Shown: positions 29,063 through 38,749 of the stretch, piece by piece | Layout: each line of letters opens with the position of its first letter | Position numbering within the stretch: position 1 is the stretch's first letter | The notes under the pieces: model-generated | Databases searched by the model: none | Told to the model about the DNA's origin: nothing | Seen by the model: the letters and a program-made list of their open reading frames with translations, nothing else | Origin: Nitrospirota bacterium | GTDB lineage: Bacteria > Nitrospirota > Nitrospiria > JACQBW01 | DNA: 64,000 bases | Direction of reading: 5' to 3' | Assembly: GCA_016194305.1 (NCBI GenBank) | Contig: JACQBW010000008.1 | Coordinates: forward strand, 85,684 to 149,683 | Program-made: the position numbers and the translations under genes

Positions 29063-29227
29063 GATTTGTCTCCTTTTTTGTTCTCTTTTTTAATCTCGGC
29101 CAAAATCTGCAGTATGGTCAACCGGGAATCTTCTTCGCGGGAATGGTGAATGAATTCAGTCGAAATCTTTTTTTTCATCTGATTTAAGTGGTTCTCCCGG
29201 TACGATTCGAGAGGTCTCTGTTTACGA

Positions 29228-30136
29228 CTACTCTTCATCCACAACTCTAAGACAGGGTTGATCCAGGCGACGGCCTCTTGTTCCGGGATTAAGCGGAAGC
29301 GTGAGAATAAAGGTCGTGCCGCATTGAGGAGACGAGGCCACCTCAATACTCCCTTCGTGAGCCTGGACTGCATTATGAACGATAGAGAGCCCCAGACCTG
29401 TTCCTTTATTCTTGGTCGTGAAAAAGGGGTCAAAAATCCGTGGCTGAACCACCTCGGAGATCCCGGAGCCGGTATCGCAGATACGGACGCGGACTTCGCC
29501 TTCTGAAGAGTCTGAAGTCATATCGCCAAAAATGGTCAACCGGCCGCCATCCGGCATCGCCTCCACGGCGTTTAAGATTAGGTTGAGAAAGACTTGCTTT
29601 AATAGAGATTCGTCACAAAGAAGCGGTTCAGTTACCTTTTCCAGCTGGATCTCAAGTTGAATCTGATTTTGAATCAGGAGCGGGAGAGAAAAGATCCTGG
29701 CCTCCTCGATGATTCGGCTTAACTCCTGTTTATTAAATGAGGGACTGGGTTTCCCTGTAAACAAGAGCAGATTGGTCAAGGCATAATCCATCGCCGAGAC
29801 CGCTGACGAAATGTGGACGGCCCATTGCTCCTTTTCAGGATCATCTTTCAGATTATTCTTCAATAGCCCTGCAAAGAGCTCGATACTCCCGAGCGGATTT
29901 CTTAATTCATGAGCCATTCGGGCTGCCATTTCACCTGCCGCGGCCAGACGGACATTTCTTTCCGCCTTCTCCCGAAGAATCTGATTTTCATTTGAACTTT
30001 TCTCCAGCGCCATTTTTAACTGCTGGACCTGGGCCTCCATCGATTTATAGGAGCGCTCCAGTTCGAGCGATGCGGAACTGAAACGATGGAAGGCTTCATG
30101 AAGAAGTTCTATTTTTTCATTTTCGGTCGGCATCAT
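29228..30136 (-). CDS. Soluble sensor histidine kinase (FlrB/FleS-like)
   Basis: HisKA H-box HELRNPL and HATPase_c blocks (DTGSGI..., GTGLGLSIV). No TM segments; the gene lies directly upstream of the EBP gene. Confidence 0.85.
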   Translation of the reverse strand: MMPTENEKIELLHEAFHRFSSASLELERSYKSMEAQVQQLKMALEKSSNENQILREKAERNVRLAAAGEMAARMAHELRNPLGSIELFAGLLKNNLKDDPEKEQWAVHISSAVSAMDYALTNLLLFTGKPSPSFNKQELSRIIEEARIFSLPLLIQNQIQLEIQLEKVTEPLLCDESLLKQVFLNLILNAVEAMPDGGRLTIFGDMTSDSSEGEVRVRICDTGSGISEVVQPRIFDPFFTTKNKGTGLGLSIVHNAVQAHEGSIEVASSPQCGTTFILTLPLNPGTRGRRLDQPCLRVVDEE

Positions 30137-32136
30137 TTTTTGGCCTCGATTTTGGAAGATGTTTTTTCAATGGATAATGTCTTGATTATCGGATCTGCCG
30201 CGGTTTTTCCGAGTTCGGCCAGGAGCTCTTTTTCTTTGTTCGTTTGACCCATAGCGGCATAGGACTTGGCAATGCGATATCGGATCCAATCAGACAATCG
30301 GGAATCTCCCTTTTCCCGGAGTCCGTTTTCATAAGCGGTAATCGCTTTCTTGTACTGTTTTAACTGAAAATAATTGTCGCCCAGTTTTTGATAAAGAACC
30401 GGCTTGAGATGAGGCTCTTTCTGAAGAAGCTGTTGATAAATTGGGATCGCTTCGCGGAACTGCTGATTTTTGTCATACGTGGAGGCCAGCTTCAGACTCA
30501 TATTTCTCGCGTTCGGTGCGGCGGCATAAAGAGAAAGCCACAGTTTGAATTTCTCAATCGCCAGATCGTATTTCTTGGCTTTCAGCAAGATATTTCCGAG
30601 CGCTTCGATGACATCCGGCTTGCGCCGGCTCTCCGGATATTTTTTCAGAAAAAACTCCAGCTTTTTCCGGGCGGTCACGTATTCGCCGGTTTCAGTCAGG
30701 GTATTGGCGTAAAGGTAAAGTGCTTCATCCATTTGAGGAAGCGTAGTACTGTTCATCGAGGTTTCAAGGATGGGGAGAGCTTGGCTGTAAAATCCGTTTC
30801 GAATCAGACTGGAGGCGATTTTAAATCCGGTAGGGCCGAAAATTAGTTTTCCGGAGAAGATGTCCGCGGAACCGAAATAAATCTCGACGACCCCCAAATC
30901 ATTTCCGGCCTGATACTCTTTGTCGACCGCTTCGACCGCAGATTTGTTCAGCGCAATGAGGACATCTCTCTGAAGCGGGGAGCCTTCGAGATACGGATAG
31001 AGCTTCTTATTAATTTCGAATGTCATGAGCGGTTTGCCGAGACGCAAGAACTGTTCCCCTTCCTGAAAGACAAATTGCTGTACCGTAATGGAGGGAGGGG
31101 GTTCCTGAAGAAGGCTGTCAATCATATCGCCGATGACTTTGGCTCCGTCGCGAGGCACTTTAACCTGTTTCGGATCGCCTTCGGTACACTTTTGAATGAT
31201 AAAGGACTCCAGCCCATGTTTTCTCGATTTTTTCAGACACTCCTGGGTTTTGATTTCTTCGATTTCATTAATGAGATCGGTGATTTTCGTACCCAGAGGT
31301 CCGGGATAAAGACTTTGAATGATATCGACCATGTTGGTCGATGCTTTTCCATCTTCTTCGAGATAAAAGATATTGACCAGTCTCGATAAGACCATCAACG
31401 TCAGCGGATCCCTCGGAAAGATGTTATAGAATTTCAGGAAGATCTCTTTGGCCTCTTTCCTCCGGCCGGTTTGATAGGCCGAATCGCCGAAATGATAGAG
31501 GGTGAGAGGCTGTTGAGATAAATACGTTTCGTACGATTTCAAACCGGTACTGTAAATCATGTAGGCATGTGCAAAATCATTGGAGTAATAAAGCGTTTCC
31601 GCAAGTCCCAGGACCGCCAGCGGCCGATCCTCGGGTGCAAGAGAGGACGGGGAGATCTTGCTGTAGGCATCCAGGGCCTCTTTCCATCTTTCCCACACCT
31701 GGTAAGTATGAGCGATACCGAGAAGCGCTTTGGAAGCATATGGAGAGTCCGGAAACTTCAAGAGAATTCTTTTATAGCTTGCGATCGATTCATATTGAAG
31801 TCCGAGCCGAGAGGAGATGGCACCGATCTTCCAGAGTCCCCGCGCACTGTTTACAGACTCAGGAAAAGCGATGTTGGCCTCCCGAAACGAATCAATTGCC
31901 ATCTGAAGAAAATCCGTATCTCCATCACCGGCAAGTTTTAAATAAATATCCCCCTTCAAAAAAAGGGCGACCTCTCTTTCAGTCTCTTTGGAAGCCGTTT
32001 CTAGAAGCTTTTTGGTTTCCTGAAGCGCGCTTTCGTATTCTCCCTTTTCATAAGGGTCCAGAGCGGGTTTCAACCATCGTTTCAACTGCTCTTTCCCTTT
32101 TTCCGGGATGAGCGGGAGATCATCCTCTTTCGCCAT
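30133..32136 (-). CDS. TPR-repeat protein, possibly secreted (first gene of the TPR-HK-EBP operon)
   Basis: Multiple TPR units. The frame stays open upstream and encodes a signal-peptide-like segment; see the finding on the missing canonical start. Confidence 0.6.
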   Translation of the reverse strand: MAKEDDLPLIPEKGKEQLKRWLKPALDPYEKGEYESALQETKKLLETASKETEREVALFLKGDIYLKLAGDGDTDFLQMAIDSFREANIAFPESVNSARGLWKIGAISSRLGLQYESIASYKRILLKFPDSPYASKALLGIAHTYQVWERWKEALDAYSKISPSSLAPEDRPLAVLGLAETLYYSNDFAHAYMIYSTGLKSYETYLSQQPLTLYHFGDSAYQTGRRKEAKEIFLKFYNIFPRDPLTLMVLSRLVNIFYLEEDGKASTNMVDIIQSLYPGPLGTKITDLINEIEEIKTQECLKKSRKHGLESFIIQKCTEGDPKQVKVPRDGAKVIGDMIDSLLQEPPPSITVQQFVFQEGEQFLRLGKPLMTFEINKKLYPYLEGSPLQRDVLIALNKSAVEAVDKEYQAGNDLGVVEIYFGSADIFSGKLIFGPTGFKIASSLIRNGFYSQALPILETSMNSTTLPQMDEALYLYANTLTETGEYVTARKKLEFFLKKYPESRRKPDVIEALGNILLKAKKYDLAIEKFKLWLSLYAAAPNARNMSLKLASTYDKNQQFREAIPIYQQLLQKEPHLKPVLYQKLGDNYFQLKQYKKAITAYENGLREKGDSRLSDWIRYRIAKSYAAMGQTNKEKELLAELGKTAADPIIKTLSIEKTSSKIEAKK

Positions 32137-32484
32137 GATTTTAGCAGGAAGTGTGTTGTTCGATTCAGAAGCCGATGCATTAACGGCAGCGGGAGCCGAT
32201 TCGACCGGGGGAAGCGTGCTGGCCAGAGCGATAGAGAAGATAAAAGCAGGAACGAATAAAATAGCGACACCTCGAACAAGAAAATGGATAAGGAGATTTC
32301 ACAAACGATCTCAATCGGGGTATAAGCAATTAGTATGCCAGCGACTGTTTATGCGGCTTTAAGGGGAAAAACGGGGCGAAAGGCAGCTATTTTCGCAAAA
32401 AGAGGGGATTATTCTCTAAAATTTTTTTTTAATCAAGATCGACAGTCAAATGTTTGACGATCCCATTTTAGACTCTTGAAGAAG

Positions 32485-33924
32485 TTAAGGCGTGATCTCT
32501 TCCGTCTGTTTCGAATGTTTGTCGAGCCGTTTCAAACGTTCAACCAGGGTGGTCCGATTCAGCTGAAGGAGTTGTGCGGCCCTGTTTTTCACCCCTTTTG
32601 ATTTGACAAGGGCCTGATTCAGCAGATGGACTTCAAACTCGGTGACCACCTTGGTGAAATTAATCCCTTCATCCGGAAACTGAAAAAGTGAAGAGCCGGA
32701 TGCAGGCTCAATTCTTTTGTATTTATCGGGAATATCTTCCGGTGAAATGGCACCTTCGTGCCGTAAGGTAATCATTCTTTCCATCAGATTTTCCAGTTCG
32801 CGGATATTGCCGGGCCAGCTGTAAGCCATCAGAATCTTGAGCGCCTCAGGCGTCAAGCCTTGAATGGTTCTCCCTTTTTTCGAGTTGAATTTGGAGAGAA
32901 AGTGATCGATTAAAAGAGGAATATCTTCTTTATGTTCTCGCAGGGCGGGGACATAGATCGGAATGACGTTTAACCGGTAGAAAAGATCTTTACGGAATTT
33001 TTTTTCAACCACCGCTTCTTCAAGATCCTGATTGGTTGCGGCAATAATCCGGACATCGACGTGGATCGAACGGTTCCCTCCTACCCGTTCAAACTCCCGT
33101 TCTTGCAATACCCGGAGGAGCTTTACCTGCAAGGGAAGCGGGAGTTCGCTAATCTCATCGAGAAAAAGCGTTCCGCCATGGGCAAGCTCAAACCGGCCGA
33201 GTCTCGAAGAGACCGCGCCGGTAAAGGCCCCCTTTTCATGTCCAAAAAGTTCGCTTTCCAGAAGCGCTTCCGGAATCGCGCCGCAATTGATCGGAATCAG
33301 CGGCTTGTCCTTCCGGGGGGAGTTAAAATGAATGGTCTTGGCGATGACCTCCTTCCCTGTACCGCTCTCTCCCTGAAGGAGGACGGTGCTGTCGCTGTCC
33401 GATACCTTTTCAATCATTTCAAATACTTTTTGCATCGGGGGAGAGTTTCCGATGATATTTTCAAATCGGTATTTTTCCTGGACGCTCTTCTGGAGAATCA
33501 GGTTTTCATGTTTGAGGCGATAATATTCCAGCGCCTTCTTGACGAGCGCCAGAACGAGATCAATTTGGAAGGGCTTGGGGAGATAATCGTAAGCTCCCGC
33601 TTTTAACGCATCCACCGCTGATTCAATCGTTCCAAAAGCCGTCATCATGATGACCACCGCTTCAGAATCGATCTTTCGAATCTCCTTTAACAGGTCAATT
33701 CCGGTCATTCCGGGGAGATGGTGGTCGATCAGGTATAGATGGAAGGGGGTCCGTTTCGCCATTTTTAGCGCTTCTTCGCCTTCGGCTAGCGAGACGGTTT
33801 GAAATCCGGAAGTATTGAGAAGCATCTCGAGCATCTTGCGAACCGATGCGTCATCTTCGACAATCATGATTTGAGAAGTCGGCATGGGCGTCTCCTTCCA
33901 AGAGGTAAAACGGTTATTAGTCAA
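32485..33924 (-). CDS. Second sigma-54-dependent response regulator (NtrC family; FleQ/FlrA-position)
   Basis: Receiver domain with conserved Asp, AAA+ sigma-54 core ([14 protein letters not shown]) and a Fis helix-turn-helix. Confidence 0.9.
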   Translation of the reverse strand: MTNNRFTSWKETPMPTSQIMIVEDDASVRKMLEMLLNTSGFQTVSLAEGEEALKMAKRTPFHLYLIDHHLPGMTGIDLLKEIRKIDSEAVVIMMTAFGTIESAVDALKAGAYDYLPKPFQIDLVLALVKKALEYYRLKHENLILQKSVQEKYRFENIIGNSPPMQKVFEMIEKVSDSDSTVLLQGESGTGKEVIAKTIHFNSPRKDKPLIPINCGAIPEALLESELFGHEKGAFTGAVSSRLGRFELAHGGTLFLDEISELPLPLQVKLLRVLQEREFERVGGNRSIHVDVRIIAATNQDLEEAVVEKKFRKDLFYRLNVIPIYVPALREHKEDIPLLIDHFLSKFNSKKGRTIQGLTPEALKILMAYSWPGNIRELENLMERMITLRHEGAISPEDIPDKYKRIEPASGSSLFQFPDEGINFTKVVTEFEVHLLNQALVKSKGVKNRAAQLLQLNRTTLVERLKRLDKHSKQTEEITP

Positions 33925-34172
33925 GAATTTGACAAAATAATTCTTTATCTTTCAATAACAAGCCGGAATAATAGACGAAGTGTCAATTCATTGCAGAATA
34001 GTTTATAAATAACACCTTTTCCGGGATTAGTCAAATTAAAGCGTCAATATCATGGCGTTCTTTTGCCTGATTTCGGGCCAAATTTCTTCGCTTGTTCAAC
34101 GAAACCGATTCTACTACAATCGGGAATAAGAGATCTGGTCGGCCCGTACCACTCACAGGAAGTTTGACATCC

Positions 34173-34961
34173 ATGAAAAAATATTTGACTCTTTTTAGAA
34201 TCAACTGGCAGAACTCGCTTCAGTACAGGGCCTCGACGGTGATTTATATCGTCGGATACGGCCTCTATATCTCGGTCATTCTTTATCTCTGGATGTCCGT
34301 ATACCAGGCGGGGAACAAAATGGGGGACTACACCCTGACCGATCTTTTAACCTATTATCTCCTGCAGTTGATTGTGAATATCCTGATCCTTTCTTATATC
34401 AGCTGGGAACTGATCGACCAGATCCGGGAAGGTTTCTTTTCAAATTTCCTGATCAAACCGCTGAATCTTCTCGTCTATTGGTTTACTGTCAATCTCTCCG
34501 GAAAACTCCTGGAGACGATCTATCTCAGCATGATTGGCGCGGTGCTCTATTTTTTCATGAGGGATTATTTCTGGCTTCCGCATCATTTCTCAACCTTTAT
34601 ATATTTTGGGGGTTCTTTATTTCTGGCCATGACGCTCGCCTTTCTGATGGATTTTTGCATCGCGCTGATCGCTTTCTGGTTGATTCAGGTGAGGGTGTTC
34701 AAGTTCATGCTCCTCTACCTGGTCTTCTTCTTTTCCGGAGCGATTCTTCCGCTCGACCTTTTCCCGCAATGGCTCCAGAAAGGGGTTCACCTCCTTCCCT
34801 TTCAGTATCTCGCCTATGTGCCGATCCGGATTTTTCTGGAGAAACAAGAGAACCTCTCCTCGGTCTTTACGATTGAATTGTTCTGGCTCCTCTTCTTTTT
34901 TGCGTTGGCGAGCTGGATGGTCTCACGCGGGGTGAAGAGATATGAAGCGGTGGGGGGCTGA
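34173..34961 (+). CDS. ABC-2 family transporter permease
   Basis: Six predicted TM helices. The start is probably MKKYL at 34173; the ORF track begins at 34092. Confidence 0.6.
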   Translation: MKKYLTLFRINWQNSLQYRASTVIYIVGYGLYISVILYLWMSVYQAGNKMGDYTLTDLLTYYLLQLIVNILILSYISWELIDQIREGFFSNFLIKPLNLLVYWFTVNLSGKLLETIYLSMIGAVLYFFMRDYFWLPHHFSTFIYFGGSLFLAMTLAFLMDFCIALIAFWLIQVRVFKFMLLYLVFFFSGAILPLDLFPQWLQKGVHLLPFQYLAYVPIRIFLEKQENLSSVFTIELFWLLFFFALASWMVSRGVKRYEAVGG

Positions 34962-34963
34962 CA

Positions 34964-35764
34964 ATGATTGAAGCGATTCGACGCCACTTGAAACTTTACA
35001 TCGCCTTTCTTGGCCACAATTTGAAAAATGAAATGATGTATCGTGCAAACTTTATCATTCTTTCCGCGATGGATATCTTTTTCATGGGGGTTAATGTCGT
35101 TTTTTTTACGATTATCTTTAACAATGTCCAGACCGTTGCCGGGTGGAGTTACTATCAGATGCTGATCCTGATCGGAAGTGTGGGAATCGTACGCGAAATG
35201 GCCTACCTGACATTCCGACAGGGGTTTTTAAATATCGGCGACTATATCCGAACCGGAGAATTCGACCTCCTATTGGTAAAACCGCTCTCCCCCCAGCTGC
35301 ATCTCGGATTCCGCCATATTTCCATGACCGAGAGCCTGGGTGAAGGGATCATGGGGATCATCCTGGCTGCGATCGGCTATTATCATCTTCCTCCGGGAAG
35401 TGTCATGGCGGTTCCGCTTTATATTATTTTTCTTTTTGTCTCGCTGATCATCTATTATTCCTTTTGTCTGATCGTCAACAGTGCCGTTTTCTGGATTATT
35501 AAATCACAGGAGTTAAATACGATTGTTTACTATTTTATGGAGACCGCGCGCTATCCGAGAGACATTTACCGGGGAATCGGAAAGGCGCTGTTTACTTTTG
35601 TCATTCCGATTTCGCTGATTGCGACGACGCCGGCCTCGATTCTGGCAGGGCGCGTCAGTTATTCCTTACTTTTTTTGTCGCTTTCCGTCGCCGGAGGATT
35701 GTTGTTGATCGGATCTTTAATCTGGCAGGTGAGTATTCGGCATTACTCGTCAGCAAGCAGTTAG
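34964..35764 (+). CDS. ABC-2 family transporter permease (second subunit)
   Basis: Polytopic membrane protein directly following the first permease. Confidence 0.6.
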   Translation: MIEAIRRHLKLYIAFLGHNLKNEMMYRANFIILSAMDIFFMGVNVVFFTIIFNNVQTVAGWSYYQMLILIGSVGIVREMAYLTFRQGFLNIGDYIRTGEFDLLLVKPLSPQLHLGFRHISMTESLGEGIMGIILAAIGYYHLPPGSVMAVPLYIIFLFVSLIIYYSFCLIVNSAVFWIIKSQELNTIVYYFMETARYPRDIYRGIGKALFTFVIPISLIATTPASILAGRVSYSLLFLSLSVAGGLLLIGSLIWQVSIRHYSSASS

Positions 35765-36229
35765 TGAAAAGTTGATGAAAATGCTTCCGTTGTTGAAATT
35801 GGACCGAATGTGGCCTTGCTCCCGGTCGCTTCATTCGCTCTCCGCGTCTGCGGAAATAGGCGGGGGTATCCATGCCCCCTCCCCACTTGTCCTTACACGT
35901 CAAAGGCCAGTGGGGTTTCCCCCTGCCCATTTTCTCGTCGTGTTCGTTCGCTCAATTCGCGAATGTTCGCTCGCCCGCATCCGGTCCATTTTCAGCGAGA
36001 GTTTTTTTTACGGTTTTTTACTTGAAATAACCTGTCGTGTTATATCCTTAACGGAGACTCGGCGAAATTTGAAAATGCTTCATCCAATTGTTTAATCGAG
36101 ATGAGCATGAATTTCGGCGCCGTCGGAGGGAAGAATGTAGCTCAACCGGTCATAAATATTGTTTCGCTAGTAGTTATTTCATTTTTTCCCAATTTAACAA
36201 CTTAACAATTCAACAGGTTTCTTAATACT

Positions 36230-37216
36230 ATGTCCATAATAGAAGTAAAGAATCTCACCAAGAGTTTTGACTATTTTAATAAAGAGCCCGGTCTTATCGG
36301 CTCGATCAAATCCCTTTTTTGGCGAGAGACCCTTTACAAGTACGCCGTCAAGGATGTCTCCTTTCAGATTGAAGAGGGAGAACTCGTCGGATTTCTCGGT
36401 CCGAACGGGGCGGGCAAAACCACGACGCTCAAAATCCTTGCCGGAATTCTGCTTCCGACCGGAGGGAGCGCCAAGGTGTTGGGTTTCGACCCCTGGAAAA
36501 GAGATAAAAAATACCAGCGGCAATTTTCCATCGTGATGGGACAAAAACATCAGCTCTGGTGGGATCTTCCGGCAATGGAATCCTTTGCCTTGAATCGCGA
36601 TATTTATGAATTGGATGCGACGGAATATAAAAAGAACCTGAACTTGTTGGTGGAACTCATGGGATTGGAAGAACTCCTCAATGTCCAGGTCCGAAAACTT
36701 TCGCTAGGCGAGCGGATGAAATGCGAGCTGGTGGCCGCGCTATTGCATCAGCCCAAAGTCCTCTTTCTCGACGAACCGACAATTGGTCTCGATGTCGTCT
36801 CCCAGGAAAAGATCCGCCAATTTGTCGAAGAGTTCAATCAGAAGAATAAGACGACGATTATCCTGACCAGCCATTACATGCGGGATGTCGAGCGATTGTG
36901 TAAAAGAGTCCTGGTGATCAATAGCGGCGGGATTATCTACGACGGGTCGCTCGAAGAGCTGATGAACAAATATATCGACCATAAAATCATCACCGTACAG
37001 TTTCTCAAGGCGGTTCCCGAACGTGATCTGAATCGGTTCGGACAGGTCGTTGAAAAAGAAGGACTCCGTGTGGTATTAAAAACCGGAAAGAAAGAGGTCC
37101 CTCATGCAGTACAGCAGATGTTGACGGAGTTTCCGGTTGAAGATCTGACGATTGAAGAGGTGAAAGTCGAAGAGGTCATTCGGACCATTTTTGAAAAGAC
37201 TAATGAAGCCCCTTAG
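36230..37216 (+). CDS. ABC transporter ATP-binding protein
   Basis: Walker A GPNGAGKTT, signature LSLGERMK, Walker B LFLDEPT. Confidence 0.9.
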   Translation: MSIIEVKNLTKSFDYFNKEPGLIGSIKSLFWRETLYKYAVKDVSFQIEEGELVGFLGPNGAGKTTTLKILAGILLPTGGSAKVLGFDPWKRDKKYQRQFSIVMGQKHQLWWDLPAMESFALNRDIYELDATEYKKNLNLLVELMGLEELLNVQVRKLSLGERMKCELVAALLHQPKVLFLDEPTIGLDVVSQEKIRQFVEEFNQKNKTTIILTSHYMRDVERLCKRVLVINSGGIIYDGSLEELMNKYIDHKIITVQFLKAVPERDLNRFGQVVEKEGLRVVLKTGKKEVPHAVQQMLTEFPVEDLTIEEVKVEEVIRTIFEKTNEAP

Positions 37217-38744
37217 GTTTTTTCATCATCAGCAAAACAGGTAGAATCAAAAGACAAATCCACCCCACCGTCCAGAACGTATCGACAAACGCCTTCATAT
37301 TCGCCTGCTTGAGGAGTTGACCGTAAAGCGAAGCGGTCGCCATCCCCTTAGCGGTAATCCGGTCGATCCCTTGCGCAATCAGATTTTCAAAAATCGACTG
37401 GGTTCTCTCCCGCGTGACGGGATCATAAACGTCAATATGGGATCCCAGCGTCATTTGATGAAATTGTGCGCGCCGGGCCAAAATCGTCGTCACGAGTGCA
37501 ATGCCCAAACTCCCCCCTAGATTTCGGGCTAAATTCATAATCCCGGTCCCGTTTCCGATCTGATCTTTAGGAAGATAGGAGAGCGAAACCACATTGATCG
37601 GGATAAAAAGAAAAGCGAGGCCAAATCCCTGGATAATCCTCGGCCAGGTAATCGACCAGAACCCAAGGTCGAGATTGAAATGGGACATCTGAAAGAGCGA
37701 AATCGCAGAGATGATCAGACCGGTCCCGACCATCAGTCTGGCATCGACGACTCCGACAAATCTTCCCACAAAAGGCATCATAATCAGAACGGAGATCCCG
37801 CCCGGTGTCAGGACCAACCCGCTTTCCATCGCCGTGTAGCCCATCAAAGTCTGAACATATATCGGTAGAAGGGCCAGCGAACTGTAAAGCACAAATCCGA
37901 GTGAAAACATAAGCAGGACTCCGGCGGTGAGGTTCAGGTCTTTAAAAAGCCTCAACTGCAATACCGGATTCTTGTTTTTGAGTTCCCAGACCAAAAAGAC
38001 AATCAGTGCAATCATCATTAAAATAAAGAGATTGACGATAAAAGCGGATTCAAACCAATCCTCCCGCTGTCCTTTATCGAGAACAATCTGCAGGGAACCC
38101 AGACCCACGACGAGGAGCCCAAGTCCGATATAGTCGATATTCTTAAAACTACTTTTTTCAAAATCGGGGGGATCTTTGACAAAAGTCTGAACGAGGAAAA
38201 ATGAGAGCAGACCGATTGGAATATTGATAAAAAAGATCCATCGCCAGGTAAAATTGTCGGTAATCCATCCTCCAAGAGTCGGACCGATAATCGGGGCAAA
38301 GACCACCCCCATACCGTATATCGCCATTCCGATTCCCTGTTTCTCCCTGGGGAAGGCGTCAAACAAAATGGCCTGAGAGACCGGCTGTAAAGCACCGCCC
38401 CCTAATCCCTGAAGAATTCTGAAAAACACCAAGAACGTCAGGCTCGGCGCTAGGCCGCAGAGTGCCGAACTGAACGCAAAGAGAAAAATGCAGATCAGAA
38501 AGAATTTTTTCCTCCCGATCAGCCTCGAAAGCCACCCGGAGACGGGTAAGATGATGGCATTCGAGACCAGATACGAGGTCAAAATCCAGGTGCTTTCGTC
38601 GATACCGGCCGATAAATTCCCCGCGATATGGGGGAGAGAGACGTTCGCCACTGTCGTGTCGAGAACTTCCATGAAGGTTCCCAGCATGACGGAGAGGGCA
38701 ATGATAAAAGGATTGGTCTTATTCTGCTCCAGAGCCGGATTCAT
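37200..38744 (-). CDS. MFS drug-efflux transporter, DHA2 (EmrB/QacA) family
   Basis: 14-TM MFS protein with DHA2 N-terminal motifs (LDTTVANVSLPHI); downstream of HlyD and TolC-like genes. Confidence 0.85.
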   Translation of the reverse strand: MNPALEQNKTNPFIIALSVMLGTFMEVLDTTVANVSLPHIAGNLSAGIDESTWILTSYLVSNAIILPVSGWLSRLIGRKKFFLICIFLFAFSSALCGLAPSLTFLVFFRILQGLGGGALQPVSQAILFDAFPREKQGIGMAIYGMGVVFAPIIGPTLGGWITDNFTWRWIFFINIPIGLLSFFLVQTFVKDPPDFEKSSFKNIDYIGLGLLVVGLGSLQIVLDKGQREDWFESAFIVNLFILMMIALIVFLVWELKNKNPVLQLRLFKDLNLTAGVLLMFSLGFVLYSSLALLPIYVQTLMGYTAMESGLVLTPGGISVLIMMPFVGRFVGVVDARLMVGTGLIISAISLFQMSHFNLDLGFWSITWPRIIQGFGLAFLFIPINVVSLSYLPKDQIGNGTGIMNLARNLGGSLGIALVTTILARRAQFHQMTLGSHIDVYDPVTRERTQSIFENLIAQGIDRITAKGMATASLYGQLLKQANMKAFVDTFWTVGWICLLILPVLLMMKKPKGLH

Positions 38745-38749
38745 GGTGA

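Noticed and set aside
29059-29178. Possible 39-aa small ORF (MKKKISTEF...) in the gap between the kinase and EBP genes, ending with an ATGA overlap on the EBP start
   Set aside because: The only GGAG-like sequence is 14 nt from the ATG, the peptide is low-complexity and Lys/Glu-rich, and there is no conservation evidence. It is more probably untranslated intergenic sequence with a coincidental frame.
35772-36095. 107-aa ORF within the ABC transporter spacer
   Set aside because: No ribosome-binding site, an odd composition (Pro/Ser/Arg-rich translation of a repeat-containing region) and no family resemblance. It is treated as non-coding; see the finding on the spacer.
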